Origin: Desulfuromonadales bacterium | GTDB lineage: Bacteria; Desulfobacterota; Desulfuromonadia; Desulfuromonadales; SZUA-540 | Assembly: GCA_033549025.1 (NCBI GenBank) | Contig: JAWSUS010000017.1 | Coordinates: forward strand, 1-64,000 | Length of the DNA stretch: 64,000 nucleotides | Direction of reading: 5' to 3' | Part shown: piece by piece, positions 59,660 to 64,000 of the stretch | How positions within the stretch are numbered: the stretch's first letter is position 1 | Layout: every line of letters starts with the position of its first letter | Made by a program: the position numbers and the translations under genes | Notes under the pieces: model-generated | What the model was told of the DNA's origin: nothing | The model's input: the letters and a program-made list of their open reading frames with translations, nothing else | Database searches by the model: none

Positions 59660-61159
59660 ATGATCCGTCTATCCTTTCAACGTCTGGGACTGTTTCTGTT
59701 TCTTACCGGTCTGCTCTGTCTGCCGTCCGTCGCCACGGCGGAAACCCTCGAAGCCAAAGTTAAAGAACATACTCTGGCCAACGGGCTGAAGCTGCTGCTG
59801 GTCGAACGCCATGACTCTCCTACCTTTGCCGCTTATATTACTCTTGGCGTGGGAGCCACCGACGAGACCAGCGAAAATCGTGGGGTGGCCCACCTGCTTG
59901 AGCACATGCTCTTCAAGGGAACCAAGACCCTGGGGACGACCGATTACCAGAAAGAAAAGCCGCTTCTGGACGCCATCGAACGCACGGCGATTCAACTGGA
60001 TGCCTTAAAGAGAGCAGGGGAGCAGGCTGACCCGGACGCCATGGCCCGGCTGCAACAGGAACTTGACGCCTTGCAGGAGCGTCACCGGGAGTTTGTGGTC
60101 AAGGATGAGTTCAGCCGGATTTACGCGGAAAACGGTGGGGTAGGGTACAACGCCTTTACCAGCAAGGATCTGACGACCTACCTGGTCTCGCTGCCGGCCA
60201 ACAAGCTGGAGCTTTGGGCCGCCATTGAGTCTGATCGCATGAAAAACGCCGTCCTGCGCGAATTCTATACCGAGCGGGAGGTTGTGCAGGAAGAGCGTCG
60301 ACGGTCCTACGAGACAAATCCGGCCGGCATGCTCTACGAAAATCTGCTCGCCACGGCTTTCACCATGCACCCCTATCGCTATCCCATCATCGGCTGGCAC
60401 TCGGATATCGCCAATCTGACGCTGGCCAAGACCCGGGCCTTTCACGAGGCCTACTACGCCCCGGTCAATACCGTTATCGCCCTGGTTGGTGATATCGATG
60501 CCGAGGAGGCGATCGCCACGGTGGAAAGGTACTTTGGCGACATCCCGCCGGGAATCCCCGTGGTCGGGGTTGAGGCCGTCGAGCCGGCCCAGCGCGGCGA
60601 GAAGCGCATCCATCTCACCTTCGAAGCCGAGCCCCAACTGCAGGTGGCTTTCCACAAGCCGACCCTGCCGGAGCGTGACGATTATGTTTTCGACCTGATA
60701 GACCTTGTTCTCGGCCAGGGCCGCACTTCCCGGCTCTATCGATCGCTGGTGGTGGAAAAACAACTGGCTACGTCCGTCTCGACCTATTCGGCTCCCGGTT
60801 CGCGTTATCCCAATCTCTTTGTCATTTCGGCCGTCCCCCGCCACCCCCATTCCCTGGCCGAAGTGGAGGCCGCCATCTATGAGGAACTCGACCGTCTTGC
60901 CCGCGAACCCGTATCCGAGCAGGAACTGGAGCGGGCTCGCAATCGCCTCCGGGCCGACCGTCTACGCTATCTCAAAGGCAACGGTGGTCTCGCCCGCATG
61001 CTGACCTTCTACCAGACCGTCGCGGGAGACTGGCGGTATCTGGTGAACTACGATCAGGTGATGGACACGATTAGCGCCGAGGAAATCGCCGAGGTCGCCC
61101 GCCGCTATTTTCGGGCGGAAAATCGCACGGTAGCCAGTCTGAGCAAGGAGGGGATTTGA
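59660..61159 (+). CDS. M16 family zinc peptidase, catalytic subunit (exported)
   Basis: HLLEH inverted zincin; YNAFTS.D.T.Y; EREVVQEERR. Confidence 0.92.
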   Translation: MIRLSFQRLGLFLFLTGLLCLPSVATAETLEAKVKEHTLANGLKLLLVERHDSPTFAAYITLGVGATDETSENRGVAHLLEHMLFKGTKTLGTTDYQKEKPLLDAIERTAIQLDALKRAGEQADPDAMARLQQELDALQERHREFVVKDEFSRIYAENGGVGYNAFTSKDLTTYLVSLPANKLELWAAIESDRMKNAVLREFYTEREVVQEERRRSYETNPAGMLYENLLATAFTMHPYRYPIIGWHSDIANLTLAKTRAFHEAYYAPVNTVIALVGDIDAEEAIATVERYFGDIPPGIPVVGVEAVEPAQRGEKRIHLTFEAEPQLQVAFHKPTLPERDDYVFDLIDLVLGQGRTSRLYRSLVVEKQLATSVSTYSAPGSRYPNLFVISAVPRHPHSLAEVEAAIYEELDRLAREPVSEQELERARNRLRADRLRYLKGNGGLARMLTFYQTVAGDWRYLVNYDQVMDTISAEEIAEVARRYFRAENRTVASLSKEGI

Positions 61160-61161
61160 GC

Positions 61162-62586
61162 ATGAAGACCATCAAAGTTTGTCTTCTGGCCCTGCTGGCG
61201 TTTGGGGTCACTGCCTGCCTTCCATCGGAAAAAGTGGTCGATCCCCGGCAGCTTTCTTTTGCGCCCCTGACGTTTCAGGTACCGGACGTCGAGCGGCTGA
61301 CTCTGCCCAACGGCATCCGCCTCTATTTGAAAGAAGACCCTGAATTGCCGCTGGTCGATGTTACGGCCATGGTGGGGGCGGGCAGCATCGGAGACCCCAG
61401 GGACAAAGTCGGGTTGGGCAATCTCTTCGCCGCCGCCCTGCGGACGGGGGGAGCAGGGGATTATCCGCCCGACTCTTTTGAGGAATCTCTTGAATTTCTT
61501 GCCGCTGATCTGTCCGTGGCAACATCCACCTATGACACCACCCTGCATCTGTCGGTGCCGGCCAAAGACTTCGAGAAGGGCCTGGGGCTTTTCGCCCAAC
61601 TCCTTCTGGCCCCCCGCTTTGAGCCGGAACGTCTCGAAGTCTCCCGCAAACAGGCCCTGGAAGGATTGCGCCGGCAGGATGACATGCCCGGCTCTCTGGC
61701 GCAAAGAGCCCTTATGGCCGCCCTTTATCCCGGCCATCCCCTGGGGACACACCCCGAGGTAAAAAGCCTGCAGGCCATAGAGCGTCAGGACCTGCTCGAT
61801 TTTCACCAAAGGTACTTCAAGCCCGGCAACCTCTGGCTGGCCATCTCTGGTGATTTCGATCGCACGCTGCTGTTGAGCCGTCTGGAGGCCCTCTTCGGTC
61901 AGTGGGCGGATGACGATTTCGTTCCCCAGGCTGTTCCCGCCGTGCCAAAGTCCGCAGCGCCGGCGCTGTGGGTGGCCGACAAGGATATCCCCCAGACGAC
62001 CATTCTGCTGGGAGAGGTCGGGCTTGAAAAGTCGGCTCCCGATCTGCAGGCGGCCCGTGTCATGAATTATATTCTTGGTGGCGGTGGCTTCAATGCCCGG
62101 CTCATGCGGGAAATCCGTTCCAACCGGGGACTGGCCTATTCCGTCTACTCCTATTACCAGGTCGGCAGAAGACTCCCCGGCCCCTTTGTCGCCGGTAGTG
62201 AAACCAAAAGCAGCTCCACGCTGGAAGTGGTGCAGCTGATGCTGGCCAATATGGAACGCATGCGGCAGGAACCGGTGAGCGAAGAAGAGCTGCGCCTGGC
62301 CAAGGAGAGTCTCATCAACTCTTTTGTCTTCGCCTTTACCGATACCCACGAGGTCGTCACTCAGACCATGCGCCTCGATTTTTATGACTATCCTGCCGGT
62401 TATCTGGAAACCTACCGAGACAAGGTGGCCGAGGTGACAGTCGCGGATGTTCAGGCCGCCGCCAACCGCTATCTGCACCCTGATGCGCAGGCTATTGTCC
62501 TGGTGGGAGAGGGCGACGATTTCGCCGAATTGGGCACTGCGCTGGGCCGACCCGTCCGGTACATCCCGCCGGCTTCCGGCCCTTGA
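61162..62586 (+). CDS. M16 family peptidase, non-catalytic subunit (lipoprotein)
   Basis: Lipobox VTAC; no HxxEH; ILGGGGFNARLMREIRSNRGLAY. Confidence 0.9.
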   Translation: MKTIKVCLLALLAFGVTACLPSEKVVDPRQLSFAPLTFQVPDVERLTLPNGIRLYLKEDPELPLVDVTAMVGAGSIGDPRDKVGLGNLFAAALRTGGAGDYPPDSFEESLEFLAADLSVATSTYDTTLHLSVPAKDFEKGLGLFAQLLLAPRFEPERLEVSRKQALEGLRRQDDMPGSLAQRALMAALYPGHPLGTHPEVKSLQAIERQDLLDFHQRYFKPGNLWLAISGDFDRTLLLSRLEALFGQWADDDFVPQAVPAVPKSAAPALWVADKDIPQTTILLGEVGLEKSAPDLQAARVMNYILGGGGFNARLMREIRSNRGLAYSVYSYYQVGRRLPGPFVAGSETKSSSTLEVVQLMLANMERMRQEPVSEEELRLAKESLINSFVFAFTDTHEVVTQTMRLDFYDYPAGYLETYRDKVAEVTVADVQAAANRYLHPDAQAIVLVGEGDDFAELGTALGRPVRYIPPASGP

Positions 62587-62696
62587 GAGGTGTTGCATTT
62601 TTTAGATAAGCAATTCATTTTATTGCAAAAAGATCAGGGTGTGCTCTAATTGTTGCAGGCCAAGGTCCCCTTGAGTTGCCAATTGCCGGAGGTGCC

Positions 62697-63098
62697 ATGA
62701 CGGTTGAAATCGATATACTCGCCTTGATTGTTGTTGTTGCGGCCGTGCTTGTTGTCGCTTTTTTAATACCGATGATGGTTCAGGCCAAAAAAACTGCCCG
62801 GCAGGTCGATGAATTCATCACGCTGGCCCAACGGGACATTCTGCCCATGCTGCGTGAACTGCGCGAGGCATCTGAGCGGATCAACAAGGCTTCCGCCAAG
62901 GCCGAACAGAGTGTGGAGCAGGTTGAAGGGCTGATGCAGTCGGTAGGGGAGGTTGGTGATTCGATACATCGGGTCAACCATTTCCTCCAGCATGACGTGG
63001 GACGGTACATGGGGAACGCGGCTGGCCTCTGGCTCGGGATTCGGGCGGCCAGCAAGGTGCTGCTCAGAGAAATGAACAAGGACAAAGGAGGTGACTGA
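62697..63098 (+). CDS. DUF948/YoxC-like membrane protein
   Basis: RBS GGAGG; N-terminal TM then coiled coil; adjacent to YtxH-like gene. Confidence 0.75.
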   Translation: MTVEIDILALIVVVAAVLVVAFLIPMMVQAKKTARQVDEFITLAQRDILPMLRELREASERINKASAKAEQSVEQVEGLMQSVGEVGDSIHRVNHFLQHDVGRYMGNAAGLWLGIRAASKVLLREMNKDKGGD

Positions 63099-63100
63099 TC

Positions 63101-63415
63101 ATGGCAGATGATTACAGAGGTTGTGGGGCTGGATCCGTTTTTCTGGCTTTTGTCATGGGGGCGGCGATCGGCGGAGGAATTGCCCTGTTGACGGCACCCC
63201 GCTCCGGTAGCGAGACCCGTGGGAAAATACGGGATCTTAGTGATGAAACGCTGGACAGGGTGAAGGAACTCACCGATGAAGCGGAAGCCCGCCTGAAAAG
63301 CGTCGTTGATGAAGGCCGCGAACTGTTGAACGAAAAGAAAGATCTGATCCAGGCGGCCATTGAGGCTGGCCGACAAGCCATGGAGGCCGAGAAGGCCAAG
63401 AAGAAAGAGGCTTGA
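63101..63415 (+). CDS. YtxH domain protein
   Basis: F..GAAIGGG.ALL.APRSG.ETR. Confidence 0.88.
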   Translation: MADDYRGCGAGSVFLAFVMGAAIGGGIALLTAPRSGSETRGKIRDLSDETLDRVKELTDEAEARLKSVVDEGRELLNEKKDLIQAAIEAGRQAMEAEKAKKKEA

Positions 63416-63424
63416 GGCGAACCG

Positions 63425-63458
63425 ACCAAAAAGCCCACGCTGACGTGGGCTTTTTGGT
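63425..63458 (+). terminator. Rho-independent terminator
   Basis: ACCAAAAAGCCCACG-ctga-CGTGGGCTTTTTGGT. Confidence 0.75.
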
Positions 63459-63488
63459 GTCCGGAATCAGAGGCGAAAGGGGTAGGGC

Positions 63489-64000
63489 ATGGCCGAATGG
63501 AAGGACAGGTTCGAACGTCTGGTGCGCTTTGCCAAGACGGGCAATCTTGAACTTGACGAAGAGAGCGTGGGGCGCAAGAGAAGATTTATGGTCAACCCGG
63601 CCAGGGTCGCCGCGCTGGTGTTCCATGATTTCTTCGCCGATGGCTGTCTTATACGTGCCTCCGCGCTGACCTACACCACGCTCCTTTCCCTGGTGCCGCT
63701 TTTGGCCCTCATGTTTGCCCTGCTCAAAGGTCTTGGGGTCCAGAACACGCTGAAACCGATCATCCTGCAAAATCTGGCCGTCGGTTCGGAGGAGATCGTC
63801 TCCCAGGTCATCACCTACATCAACAACACCAACGTCGGGCGCCTGGGGATGGTCGGTCTTCTGGCCCTGCTCCTGACCGTAACCACCCTGATGACCAATA
63901 TCGAGAAAAGCTTCAACCATATCTGGGGTGTGCAGGAAACCCGTCCTCTCATTCGCCGCTTCTCCGACTACTTCTCGGTGCTCACCATCGGGCCCCTGCT
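63489..64000 (+). CDS. YihY/BrkB family membrane protein (runs off the window end)
   Basis: Read manually from ATG 63489: ...RASALTYTTLLSLVPLLAL...IEKSFNHIWGV...RRFSDY. Confidence 0.85.
   Translation, partial: MAEWKDRFERLVRFAKTGNLELDEESVGRKRRFMVNPARVAALVFHDFFADGCLIRASALTYTTLLSLVPLLALMFALLKGLGVQNTLKPIILQNLAVGSEEIVSQVITYINNTNVGRLGMVGLLALLLTVTTLMTNIEKSFNHIWGVQETRPLIRRFSDYFSVLTIGPL

Overview
This window looks like chromosomal DNA from a Desulfuromonadales/Geobacter-like bacterium, inferred from the cytochrome c7, OmcE-like cytochrome, GEMM-I riboswitch and deltaproteobacterial BirA site. Positions ~0.3-24.5 kb form a large extracellular electron-transfer cluster: a sigma54 response regulator, multiheme cytochromes with 4, 5, 7, ~12 and ~15 hemes, two NHL lipoproteins, a large beta-barrel, a PAS kinase/NarL pair and a PPIase. 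The main finding is that two ORF pairs in the track (11661-12026 + 12045-14936 and 17708-18115 + 18134-21541) each look like one gene read through an in-frame TGA. Both TGAs sit in the same G-K-W-TGA-x-P-S-x-R-Q context, and each is followed 10 nt later by an equivalent 6-bp hairpin with a compensatory base change, as expected for a bacterial SECIS. Read this way, they encode two paralogous ~1090 and ~1265 aa selenocysteine-containing octaheme cytochromes with an octaheme tetrathionate reductase (OTR)-like heme arrangement and a nearly identical PKD-containing C-terminus. Further right are a GEMM-I riboswitch with the cGAMP-type A20 ahead of a GGDEF/degenerate-EAL gene, an atypical HD-GYP, a BirA-controlled bioW-bioF-bioH-bioC operon, a candidate anti-SD small RNA, a ppcA-like c7, ispB, a sigma54 two-component system driving a DASS transporter, hypF, pfkA, an M16 peptidase pair and housekeeping genes. 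I saw no rRNA, tRNA, CRISPR array or mobile element.
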